From the NCBI GenBank assembly GCA_002269645.1, contig NIVC01000173.1, forward strand, positions 744,001 to 808,000: a DNA stretch of 64,000 nt. The letters are read 5' to 3'. Below are positions 1-34,081 of this stretch, piece after piece. The notes under the pieces were generated by a model. The model worked only from the letters and a program-made list of their open reading frames with translations. It made no database searches and was not told the origin of the DNA. The first letter of the stretch is position 1. Every line of letters begins with the position of its first letter. This DNA is from Macrostomum lignano (lineage: Eukaryota). A program made the translations under genes and the position numbers.

Positions 1-22002
<22,002 letters not shown>

Positions 22003-23659
22003 AACTAAAGAAAGCCATTGACAATTAAAGGCTTTATACTAATACAATTTAAATGCTTTTTTTCAGAAACATATGTCTGGGATTGAAAGTGCAGGTGTTG
22101 TTCCGAAATAATATAGTTAATTGCAAAAATTATTTCTAAGAATGTTCCGGTGTTTCTAGCGACCAATTTTTGTCGTTAAGTTTAAAAACAAGTTGAAGCA
22201 TTATGTTAAAAACAGCATCAATTAGTTAGGATTAAGACTTATGCTTCTTTTCCTGAAAATGACACCACCTGTACTTTGTTTTAACTGTATGAACGAATTT
22301 GGCATATTTTATGTGTGTGAAACCCTGTTAGAGAATCGAAGCTAAATTATTTGATACTTATCAGTCGCTTTTTAGCCTGAAAAAAGTTAAAGTGAGTTTT
22401 TTAAACTTTTTAACACGATAACTTGTGTCAAAGAGTACAAAATTTCAGTTTGTACTGTTTGTGAGTTATGATTTACTCCGTCTCAAACAGATATCTGTTG
22501 CTGATAAATATAAATTTACAAATTGATTTTTACTTACACTTTTTTCTTTCTCCACGATGTGGGGAAATTTCTAACCTTTGTTTAAACTGAGCACTTACTG
22601 AACTCTTTACTTTTGCCTTGTTTTTTCGTTTACGATTTGATTTTGATTGCTACGTTGCTATGGTGCTATGGAACAAGATTAGTTTGGCTTGAAACTACCC
22701 GTTAACTGCTCCCTATGGAAACAGAATTTAGCTACAAAAACAGGAGGTTATCTTAGGCTCACAGATGAAAACTGTGCGCTTCACTGTTTAAACAGGGGGT
22801 ATTTTACAGTCAATAAAAGGCTACACAATCCTCTACAATAGCTTGCGAGCGTAGCCGTCAGTTTGAAAATTTGACACGTATTGACAGGCAAACTTTGAAG
22901 AGACTGTGTCCCATCTGGTTGCATTTACATGATGACACATCCACGCTTCAGCAAAGTCTCCTCTTGAGTTGCTTTCGTCACGAGAATCTGTGCTAAGAAT
23001 TTTAAACAGCATATCAAATTAGGAGACTCGCCGGCTAAAAAAAGTCCCTGATGTCTCGTTAAAGAGACACAAAACGAAACGCGGATAAACTGATTATGCG
23101 TGGGCGAGATTCTGTCGAAGTTACTTTGATCCACGCAGACGCAACTGGATCAGAACATTTCGAAAGAAATTATTGGCTAACGGAAAAAAACTGCACGTTG
23201 CTTGAGAGAAGATACACAGATTTCTGCATAAATCTGGATAAAGGAGAAAAACCTTAGGTTACAAGTTGTTAGTTCTCCGGCATCAATCTGCCCGCGGCTT
23301 CAGTTAGATCTCTGGATCTCTTTCCCTCACAGGCAGGTGTGACAAGTGAAACCACACGGTGCACAGCATCATCTGTCAAGTCTGTCAAGCAGTAGACTCA
23401 ACACAGCTAGCTGTCCTGCAGTGTCCGATCGCTCACTTTTCCGAGGCTCAATTAGCCAGCAAGTTCTCCTGTTGGTTGCCAAGGCCAAGTGTGACGCGCG
23501 TCTCTGATTGGCTGGTTGGGATTTTGCCGAATCGTGAATCATTTAAGACCCAAAAAGTCCGCTCCTCGGTTTAACATCGGGGCAAGCGAAAGTTATTGGA
23601 AAGCTGATAGACCCTAGCTAGATTCCCAGTCAATTTAGCTAGCCAACATTTTTGACAAC

Positions 23660-25276
23660 ATGAGCGGCCACCAACTAGTAGTGCTGTCTACCACTACAAT
23701 GCTAGCCGTATCCAACGATAACTTCACTAATCCTGAGGAAACGGATATTGTAGAAATCCGAGTTATTGACGCACTAATCGGCTGTTTCCTCTGCCTGTTC
23801 GTTACTGTCACCGTGTTCGGCAACTCGCTAGTCATTCTAGCCGTCATCCGCGAGCACTACCTGAGAACCATCACTAATTATTTCATCGTGTCTTTGGCGT
23901 TAGCCGACCTACTCATGGGCTTGGTTGTCATGCCGTTCTCTGTCATCTCCTACGTCACTAGGGAGCACTGGCTGTTCGGCCCGATCTGGTGCGACCTCTG
24001 GCACGCGTTCGACGTACTGAGCACGACAGCCAGTATCCTCAACCTGTGCATGATAGCTGTGGAGCGCTACTGGGCGATAGAAAATCCCATCAGTTATCCC
24101 AGCCGGGTTACTAAGCGTCGCTGCCTGCTGCTGGTGTCAGCGGTCTGGATCTGCTCCTGCTGCATCAGTTTCCCGGCCATCGCTTGGTGGCGGGCAACTA
24201 GCCCACCATCGCCGCGTCACGTCTGCAGCTTCACGGGCGATCCAGTGTACTTGATCTGCTCTAGCCTGGTCTCATTCTACGCCCCCCTACTAGTGATGGT
24301 GTTTGTCTATTGCAAAATCTACCGCACGGCTACTCAGCTGGTTCGCAGTTGGCAGGCTGGCGCCAAAGTGCTGCATTGCCACGGCATGCCGACCTCCGCT
24401 GGCAACGGCCGCAGCCCCGGCAGCGGAGGCAGCGGCGGCGGCGGCACAGTGGTGCTGCGAATTCATCGCGGTCGTCAAGAGGTGACGCAGTCGGAGACGG
24501 CGGCGGGACCGTCGCAACAGCCGACAAGCACAGTTGGCGGCATTGCGCGTCGGTTTCGCAGCCTCGGAGTCCGCAAGAAGCTGGCCAGGTTCTCCCGGGA
24601 GCAGAGAGCAGCGAAAACGCTCGGCATCGTGATGGGCATCTTCATCGCCTGCTGGCTGCCGTTCTTCATCTGCAACATTGTGCTGGCGATCAACAGCGAA
24701 GCACTGGGCGACCACGCGGCCAAGGTGATGACCATAGTGACATGGCTTGGCTACATCAACAGCTCCATCAACCCGGGCATCTACGCCCACTCGATGCGCG
24801 ACTTTCGTCGAGCTTTCATCAAACTGTTGAACTGCCCTCGATGTCGGCGACGCTGTCGAAGATGCTACAGAAGCTGCCGTCGAGGTGTTGGAGGCGATTC
24901 AGACGGAGGGGCGGCGAACACAGCTGTGATGACTGCCGGCTCGCAATGGCACCACAATGGCCGACCAAATCTTGACCGGCAACGTCTGGAACGTCGCCAG
25001 AAGCAACTGCGTCTACTCCCACTGCGTCCGAGGCATCGCGGCGGGATGTCTGGCGGCATCACCACTGCGTCGCCGAATGCGGACCATTTCGGCGTGGAAG
25101 CTGGCGAGCTGCTCCGGTCGCCACTCCGGGCTCGCTGCAGTCAGGCCGCTGGCCGGCTGTCCAGCTACCAGCAGCTGCCAGCATCAGCGAGTTCGCAGCA
25201 GCAGTCACCCCTGGAGCCGCAGCCGCCTCCGTCGCCGATCTATGTCTGCAACTTTGCTTTCAGCGAGCAGCAGTGA
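23660..25276 (+). CDS. Intronless class A biogenic-amine GPCR, Dop1R2/INDR (invertebrate D1-like dopamine receptor) type, 538 aa
   Basis: Seven TM segments: TM2 SLALADLLMG, TM3 FDVLSTTAS (Asp3.32), ERY, TM5 SSLVS (catecholamine-binding serines), TM6 CWLPFF, TM7 NPGIY. ISFPAIAWWRA, LRIHRG and DFRRAF are motifs typical of the Dop1R2 clade. Confidence 0.88.
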   Translation: MSGHQLVVLSTTTMLAVSNDNFTNPEETDIVEIRVIDALIGCFLCLFVTVTVFGNSLVILAVIREHYLRTITNYFIVSLALADLLMGLVVMPFSVISYVTREHWLFGPIWCDLWHAFDVLSTTASILNLCMIAVERYWAIENPISYPSRVTKRRCLLLVSAVWICSCCISFPAIAWWRATSPPSPRHVCSFTGDPVYLICSSLVSFYAPLLVMVFVYCKIYRTATQLVRSWQAGAKVLHCHGMPTSAGNGRSPGSGGSGGGGTVVLRIHRGRQEVTQSETAAGPSQQPTSTVGGIARRFRSLGVRKKLARFSREQRAAKTLGIVMGIFIACWLPFFICNIVLAINSEALGDHAAKVMTIVTWLGYINSSINPGIYAHSMRDFRRAFIKLLNCPRCRRRCRRCYRSCRRGVGGDSDGGAANTAVMTAGSQWHHNGRPNLDRQRLERRQKQLRLLPLRPRHRGGMSGGITTASPNADHFGVEAGELLRSPLRARCSQAAGRLSSYQQLPASASSQQQSPLEPQPPPSPIYVCNFAFSEQQ

Positions 25277-25773
25277 CAGACTGTGCAGAACAATTCAACT
25301 TCAAGCACTCATTGCGCAACTATGTCCGAAAATAAGCGTTCCGTGTTTGTAAACCTGATAAATATAAACTGTTTCTATAGTACTCTAAAGCTATGCATAA
25401 ACAGAGCGCTTAAAATTTTTCTTCAGTCAATGTCAGCATTAAATCGTAAGAGCAGACATTATAATTCACACACTAAAATGAACCAATTCTTCACAGATAA
25501 TTGATAATTAAGGGATAAATTAAAGAATCCACAAATAGGATTTTTAGTGTTTTCAGTCAATTCAGTCAGTTTTGGACTGTAAGTACTCAGACCAAGAGAA
25601 CACCTTTTGAACGCCACATTGACATTCCTTTGTAATGCAGACAGTCCACTGGCTTTCTGAATTATTTATCAGCAGCCGAGCCGGGAATACGTCGAACCGA
25701 AGCTCTGTAGCGCCTAGGGACAATGTTCTGCTAAAATCCCTAGAACGAGACTCTTCCCGTGAAAGATGATTAA

Positions 25774-26319
<546 letters not shown>

Positions 26320-26859
26320 CCGCAGCCCATATGGAAGCGTGTTTGCATACAGACAATAAAGCACACAGTGGGGAGTGTAATAGCAGTGCAAGACGGGCAG
26401 AATGAAGATCTGTTCAGGGAGTTTGAAGATCGGAACAGGGCAATAGCGAGAGAGGAAGAGGAGTGGCTCCGATCAAGACTTTCTTCTTTCTTTTCTGCCG
26501 GGCCTTGCGAGAGAAGGGCGAGCAGAAGCGATTCGCAACAAGTGAGATCCCTCGGAGCGCAATCCAGCATTGATTTATTTCAATGGACTTCTCCCCAGCC
26601 CGGGCCTTGTTCTCGACTAGCCACAGTTGCTCACGCTATTTTCCTGCCTCTCTGCTACGTGCATGGCGCTCGCAAAATAAATCTCTTTTAGACCCAGTAA
26701 AATATTCAGTTCGCGCCTATTACCTCAAAACCGGCGATTGGCTGGACAAATTTTGCTCAAGATAAATGATGCGAAAGTTTGGTTGCGTTGGCTGCCTATT
26801 TTAATTACCTCAATACTTTTTTGAGAATTTTTGCAGGTTCCACAAATTGATGACTTTTA

Positions 26860-27760
26860 ATGTCCGTAGATGTCCGTAGATGTCCGTAGATGTCCGTAGA
26901 TTTCCAGTCCGTAGATTTCCAGTCCGTAGATTTCCAGTCCGTAGATTTCCAGTCCGTAGATTTCCAGTCCGTAGATTTCTAGTCCGTAGATTTCCAGTCC
27001 GTAGATTTCCAGTCCGTAGATTTCCAGTCCGTAGATTTCCAGTCCGTAGATTTCCAGTCCGTAGATTTCCAGTCCGTAGATTTCCAGTCCGTAGATTTCC
27101 AGTCCGTAGATTTCCAGTCCGTAGATTTCCAGTCCGTAGATTTCCAGTCCGTAGATTTCCAGTCCGTAGATTTCCAGTCCGTAGATTTCCAGTCCGTAGA
27201 TTTCTAGTCCGTAGATTTCCGGCATAGATTTCCTATCCATAGATTTCCAGTCCGTAGATTTTCAGTCCATAGATTTCCAATTAATGGATTTCCGTAGATT
27301 TCCAATCCGTAGACTTCCAGTCCGTAGATTTTCTGTCTATATATTTTCAGTCCATAGATTTCCAGTCCATAGATTTCCAGTCCATAGATTTCCAGTCCAT
27401 AGATTTCCAGTCCATAGATTTCCAATCCGTAGATTTCCTGTCTATAGATCTCTAGTCCGTAGATTTTCAGTCCATAGATTTCCAGTCCATAGATTTCCAA
27501 TCCGTAGATTTCCTGTCTATAGATTTCTAGTCCGTAGATTTCCTATCCATGGATTTCCAGTCCATAGATTTTCAATTCATATATTTCCAGTCCATAGATT
27601 TCCAGTCCATAGACTTCCAGTCCATAAACTTTCAGTCCATGGATTTCCAGTCCATAGATTTCCAGTCCATAGATTTCCAAACTGTAGATTTCCAGTCTAT
27701 AGATTTCCAAATAATGGATTTTCAAGTCATGATTTCCAGCCGATAGATTTCCAATATTTA
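26860..27760. repeat. 15-bp minisatellite TCC(G/A)TAGATTTCCAG, seeded by the 10-bp unit TGTCCGTAGA
   Basis: A homogeneous left part (26890-27220) and a degenerate right part. Confidence 0.95.
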
Positions 27761-30700
27761 TATATTTGGTCAATATGTCTATAATGTCTAAGTATTAATG
27801 TCTAAGTATTAATGTCTAAGTAGCAGAAATTACAAAACTTTTCCCTACCAAATGAAAGTTGGAGCATGTTGACCCAGGCTCCTAAAAGCTTCATCAATTT
27901 ATGCGTTTATATATTTGCGTAGTTAGATCACTACGCGAGAAAGCAGGAAAGCAGGGATGCTTTGGCGTCTCAAAAATATCAGGGAGGAAAATATTAGTAC
28001 GTTTACTTATCGCAGTGGCTTATACCGATTTTAAGCACCTCATTCTTCGCACCTGACATATATGCCTCAATTCTCAAGCTTCTCAAGTTACATGTAACTC
28101 ATAATCTGTCTCTTAACATCTCATCATCTCTTTCGTCTCACCTTTTCATTTTATTAATTCACCATCATCTAATCCTTTATACTCTCTCTATTCTTACTTT
28201 CGAATAAACACAGTCTCGATCTCCTGCCAAATACATGTTCAACTTATCGCCCTTAAATAACCCCATGTAGCTCCACAGCTTGTTAAAAACACACCCCTCG
28301 CGGGGTCCCACGAGTGGAACTTTATCTGTCAAGCAATGTACGAGCGTACATGTAAGCTCACAATCGATCGATATTAGCAATGAACAATTGACGGCATTAA
28401 TTATCGTCTAATCTTTGGAAGGTTGTTCGAAGAAAAAATATTATTGGCTAAATCGACTGAGAAGCCTGATCTAGATAATCTTTAATGACTAAACGAATCT
28501 AATTTTCAACTATCTGAGTTCGTGCGGACTTCAAAGTGAATTTTTTACTGATCAAAGCGGTCGACACGAGAATTCGCCAAATTTTTAGGTCCGGAAAGTT
28601 AACATCATTAAGAAAAATTACGAGTAATAATAACGTAATCCGGGCTGCATGAAAACCCAGAGAACCCCTGGGTTCTGGCAATGAAAAGTACCATTATCCC
28701 ATTCTCTAGACAGCGGTTCCGCGGGTTGTTTGAAGGTCAGGAATACACCCGGTAAAAATGCCACTAACGAGGCGGGACTCCCGGTCTGTAACAGACGAAG
28801 TTTCTTGACCCCTTGACAGTCTCTTACGCGAGCCGGATGCGTGATATTGAAGGTCGTAACATGTCCTTGACCTCCGTTACCAAGCCCCCTGATGACGTCA
28901 CCCACCAACCGCGCTGTGATTGGACGCAAAATTGGGGTAGGCGCAGCGGAGAAAAATGATTTATGATGGGGATTACGCAACAGACAGGGAAAAGCTTTGG
29001 GAGATAGGGCGTCATAAAACTGTCACGCGCAAGAGGGCGGGGCGCGGGAATCACAGAAAAGGGGAGTGCACAAAAATTGGGGGGGGGGGGCAGGATGTTT
29101 CTACATCAATAAATAATCTAATTTTTTAAGTTTCGACCAGCTATATCGTTCAAATCCCGTTTTTACCGGCACTTCATTATCTATACGTTACATAAAGAAT
29201 GTTTTAATTTTAAAGTTAATGTGCAAGATAATCAATGCTACAATAAATAAACAATCATTAAATATGAATATGGAAACCAAAATAGGTGGAGATAAAATAA
29301 TTAATACTAAATTAAAATACTAAAATAATGAATAGGACTCAAAAATAAAATAATAATACTGAAAAAATATCTCATAGAAAGAAGATCATACTACTAAACT
29401 AAACTAAGCAACCAGAGGGAAACAGAAATGAAAAATTAAGTTCTTATAGCCTATAGGTGGCCGCCGCGGGTGAAAGAATCTAATTTCGATCACCAACGCA
29501 GATTAAACATGCCCAGGAGGGTGAAGGCTGGCCAAGAAACGGTATTCTTACTGGAAGCCACTGTGGATGTGTATATAGATATTATATATACTTTTCTATA
29601 TAGCCACTGTATATAGAAAAGTTGAGCAGTTTGTTCCGCCTTCATTGCAGCGCGAGCTTGAAAGTCAGGAAAGTTTTTTAATACTTTTTTTTCACAAGAA
29701 ATGCACAGGAAGAACTGCAGGTAGCCTACACTGTAAATGTTTAACTTTAATATAAGTGTGGTGTACAATGCTTTTCTGATCTTTCGAAGCACGAAATCGC
29801 TTTTAAAGCATGCAGTACGTGTGTCAGTCAGTACAGTACGTTGAAACGTTCGCATCTTAAAGGGCTGCAAAATGCTATATTATAAATTATAATATTATCT
29901 TCAGCTGTTTCTCATTCCGCTGCACTGCATGCTAATAATCCTAGCTTGCTATTTAACCAAACTAGCCCTAAAATCCATTAGGACATAAATGATCGGTTTG
30001 TCACATTGTAATTTGCATTTTCACCTACTCTCTCCACCTACTGATAAGATCAAGCAGAACTTAGGGCCTCACTCTGGCGCAACGCCTTCTTCGGCGACAT
30101 TGTCCCTGCAAGATCTGCCCATTCCGCTGACTCCTTTTGGGTAAACGGCAGGAGTAACTGACTGTATTACTAGGATCAAAATGCCTCGTCATCTAAGTAG
30201 TATCTGAATTCGTTTGAATGGGCATTTTCACACGACTTACTTTAGCTGGGCCCCTCGTCAGCCGGCCGGGTGTTGCGCATGTATGGACAGTTCAGTCACT
30301 GTCACGTCACAGCTTTAAACAATTGAGCTTCACCCCCAAACACATTCAACACGGAATAAGAGACCAGAGTGTTCTTAAATCCTTCATAGGCACCAGTATA
30401 GTTCAACATGAACTTTTCACCTACCTCTAGGTGCATACACCCCGATATATAGTGACTATTATATTACTGTACATAAATACCGATCGATCTATATTTACAG
30501 AGGGTAGAAGACTACAAATAGTAGCACGAATTCCTTCTCCTTTTCAGACGAGATCGACACAGTAAGTACACACAGTGTGCATATCAAGGCGCAAAAAATA
30601 GTGAGAGTTATAGAGAATATAGACTACATAAATGCCAAATCTACATATAAAGTTATATGCGCGGGTGTGTCTGATCTATCACCCTTGAGATAGATCTTGG

Positions 30701-30984
30701 ATTCAGATTGATTTTTCATCTTGTTGTCAAAACCTGGAGTGATGATTCAGTTAACCTTATCATTCCTTCTCACTCGTGCCTACCCGCGTTGCTTTAAAAT
30801 TACTAGTAATCTGCATCAAACAAGCCGTAATCCTCTGGACTCCCTTAAAATACAAGTAATTATCTAATTTATAGTTAATTACAGTCTTGAAAAGCTTGTA
30901 TGGGCATTTGTTTATGACAAGTTTTTAAGTAAAACCTATCGAAAGAAGGCGAAGCGAGGTTAATTGGATTAAAGAACGGAATGA

Positions 30985-32549
30985 AGTAGATGGAGGGGGA
31001 GGCGGAATGAAGTGGGTGAAAGGGAACGGAATGAAGTGGGTGAAAGGGAACGGAATGAAGTGGGTGAAAGGGAACGGAATGAAGAGGGTGAAAGGGAACG
31101 GAATGAAGTGGGTGAAAGGGAACGGAATGAAGTGGGTGAAAGGGAACGGAATGAAGTGGATGAAAGGGAACGGAATGAAGTGGGTGAAAGGGAACGGAAT
31201 GAAGTGGGTGAAAGGGAACGGAATGAAGTGGGTGAAAGGGAACGGAATGAAGTGGGTGAAAGGGAACGGAATGAAGTGGGTGAAAGGGAACGGAATGAAG
31301 AGGGTGAAAGGGAACGGAATGAAGTGGGTGAAAGGGAACGGAATGAAGTGGGTGAAAGGGAACGGAATGAAGTGGATGAAAGGGAACGGAATGAAGTGGG
31401 TGAAAGGGAACGGAATGAAGTGGGTGAAAGGGAACGGAATGAAGTGGGTGAAAGGGAACGGAATGAAGTGGGTGAAAGGGAACGGAATGAAGTGGGTGAA
31501 AGGGAACGGAATGAAGTGGATGAAAGGGAACGGAATGAAGTGGGTGAAAGGGAACGGAATGAAGTGGGTGAAAGGGAACGGAATGAAGTGGGTGAAAGGG
31601 AACGGAATGAAGTGGGTGAAAGGGAACGGAATGAAGTGGATGAAAGGGAACGGAATGAAGTGGATGAAAGGGAACGGAATGAAGTGGGTGAAAGGGAACG
31701 GAATGAAGAGGGTGAAAGGGAACGGAATGAAGTGGGTGAAAGGGAACGGAATGAAGTGGGTGAAAGGGAACGGAATGAAGTGGATGAAAAAGAACGGAAT
31801 GAAGTGGGTGAAAGGGAACGGAATGAAGTGGGTGAAAGGGAACGGAATGAAGTGGGTGAAAGGGAACGGAATGAAGTGGGTGAAAGGGAACGGAATGAAG
31901 TGGGTGAAAGGGAACGGAATGAAGTGGGTGAAAGGGAACGGAATGAAGTGGATGAAAGGGAACGGAATGAAGTGGGTGAAAGGGAACGGAATGAAGTGGG
32001 TGAAAGGGAACGGAATGAAGTGGGTGAAAGGGAACGGAATGAAGTGGGTGAAAGGGAACGGAATGAAGTGGGTGAAAGGGAACGGAATGAAGTGGGTGAA
32101 AGGGAACGGAATGAAGTGGGTGAAAGGGAACGGAATGAAGTGGGTGAAAGGGAACGGAATGAAGTGGGTGAAAGGGAACGGAATGAAGTGGGTGAAAGGG
32201 AACGGAATGAAGTGGGTGAAAGGGAACGGAATGAAGAGGGTGAAAGGGAACGGAATGAAGTGGGTGAAAGGGAACGGAATGAAGTGGGTGAAAGGGAACG
32301 GAATGAAGTGGGTGAAAGGGAACGGAATGAAGTGGGTGAAAGGGAACGGAATGAAGTGGATGGAGGGAGGAGGCGGAATGAAGTGGATGAAGGAGGGAGG
32401 CGGAATGAAGTGGATGGAGGGAGGAGGCGGAATGAAGTGGATGGAGGGAGGAGGCGGAATGAAGTGGATGAAGGGGGCGGAATGAAGTGGATGAAGGGGG
32501 CGGAATGAAGTGGATGAAGGGGGCGGAATGAAGTGGATGAAGGGGGCGG
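30985..32549. repeat. Purine-rich 24-bp minisatellite GAATGAAGTGGGTGAAAGGGAACG, about 56 copies, with 27/23-bp edge variants
   Basis: Seen directly; produces the spurious 490-590 aa ORFs in several frames. Confidence 0.97.
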
Positions 32550-32781
32550 GAAAGATAGAATGAAATTGAAATAGCTTGAAAAAACGGAACTAAATCATAA
32601 AACGCGGCAATCATTTTTCTTCCAGACCCAACAGCACAAGGAACAAGTGTGTGCTCCACAAGTTCCGCACAGTGCCACGCAATCTCTCAGCAATCCAGCA
32701 GCACAATGAACTCTGTATTTATCAACTGAATCAACTCCTTAATTAAACTGTCTTTAGCGCACAGTCAGTTACAGTTACGCC

Positions 32782-33847
32782 TCACTTGATGGAGGTGCAA
32801 CTCGAAGCAATTTTAGGCCACAGCTCCGCGGCTTCCTTAGCAACTGGGCCAGTGACAGCTGAGCCCTTCATCTCGCCCTTGTTATTAACAATGACCCCGG
32901 CATTGTCTTCAAAGTAGATAATGTCGCCATTTTTTCGCCGAATAGATTTGCGCTGTCGGATGATAACGGCCAGGATGACTTTCTTGCGCAGGTCGGCTTT
33001 GCCTTTGCGCACGCTGCAGACAATCAAGTCGCCGACACCGGCAGCTGGCAGACGGTTCAATCGGCCGCGGATGCCAGTGACGGCGAACAGGTTGAGCACC
33101 TGGGTTTGTTGATTGATTGATAAGTAATAATAGTAACCGTTTTTTAGAAAAATAAACAGATGCCTATAAACTTCTCAATGCGCAGGAGCGCTAAATTCTA
33201 CTCTATCAGGAGTAGTATTCTATCAGTAGAATATATTGAGGGATTGAGACGACTCTGTATATACGAGTATTCTACGTTGTAGATCTTGGAAGCTTGGAGC
33301 AACTGAGGGTCTGGGAGGCTGGCCCAGCAATTGAGGATCTTGGAGGCTGGCCCAGCAACTGAGGATCTTGGAGGCTGGCCCAGCAACTGAGGATCTTGGA
33401 GGCTGGCCCAGCAACTGAGGATCTTGGAGGCTGGCCCAGCAACTGACACTCTGGGAGGCTGGGCCGGCAACTGAGGATCTTGGAGGCTGGCCCAGCAACT
33501 GAGGATCTTGGAGGCTGGCCCAGCAACTGAGGATCTTGGAGGCTGGCCCAGCAACTGAGGATCTTGGAGGCTGGCCCAGCAACTGAGGATCTTGGAGGCT
33601 GGCCCAGCAACTGACACTCTGGGAGGCTGGGCCGGCAACTGAGGATCTTGGAGGCTGGCCCAGCAACTGAGGATCTGGGAGACTGGCCCAGTAACTGAGC
33701 ATCTGGGAGGCTAGCCAAGCAACTAATTCTGGTACATTAATAACATACCTTGGCTCCACTATTGTCGGCACAGTTGATGGCGGCCCCAACTGGAAGGCCT
33801 AGCGAGACACGGAACTTAGTAGAACGAGATGTGCTGCGCTTAGACAT
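32782..33847 (-). CDS. RPL23: 60S ribosomal protein L23 (uL14), divergent, 138 aa, 2 coding exons
   Basis: Exon 33847-33749 encodes [33 protein letters not shown] and ends at a GTATGT donor. Exon 33099-32782 follows a CCCAG acceptor and encodes [24 protein letters not shown]...[28 protein letters not shown]...[12 protein letters not shown]. The junction is phase 0. An acceptor TTCTTACAG lies 13 nt upstream of the ATG. Confidence 0.92.
33298..33712. repeat. 28-bp minisatellite GGAGGCTGGCCCAGCAACTGAGGATCTT in the RPL23 intron
   Basis: Seen directly; the variant unit (ACTGACACTCTGGGAGGCTGGGCCGG) recurs about 168 bp apart. Confidence 0.95.
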
Positions 33848-34081
33848 GGTGCTCTATAGCTGTAAGAAAGGAACAATCAGTTGCTCAGATGTGCAGACAA
33901 TTAAATAAGCAGAAAGTGCCTTAAATGGACAGTGACAGAAATAAAATTTGAGAACTTAATAAGTACAATAAAAGTCACTTATTTTTCTACCACACAGAAA
34001 AGCTTTAAGCATAGAAACAATATATTTTTATATACAATTCAAATTTAGCTCGTATTGTTATTAACTACTAAACCTTGTGCT

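Noticed and set aside
23048-23080. Hammerhead-ribozyme-like CTGATG...stem...GAAA
   Set aside because: The core reads CTGATGT rather than CTGANGA, the stem is not directly followed by GAAA, and no stems I/III were found.
26320-26691. Protein-like frame (DLFREFEDRNRAIAREEEEWLRSRL) next to the GATA array
   Set aside because: There is no ATG, no splice support and no recognisable family. It may be a TE relic but cannot be supported.
30548-30561. 14-nt micro-exon-like segment (TTTTCAG|...|GTAAGT)
   Set aside because: There is no host gene on this strand nearby and the length is not a multiple of 3, so it is probably chance or a TE-internal signal.
30875-32659. ORFs of 492-594 aa (HPLHSVPF, MKWVKGNG and GERERNEV repeats)
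   Set aside because: They are translations of a 24-bp tandem repeat that is open in several frames on both strands; nothing else indicates coding function.
33100-33748. snoRNA in the RPL23 intron (vertebrate RPL23 hosts one)
   Set aside because: The intron is mostly a 28-bp minisatellite, and no C/D or H/ACA architecture was seen.
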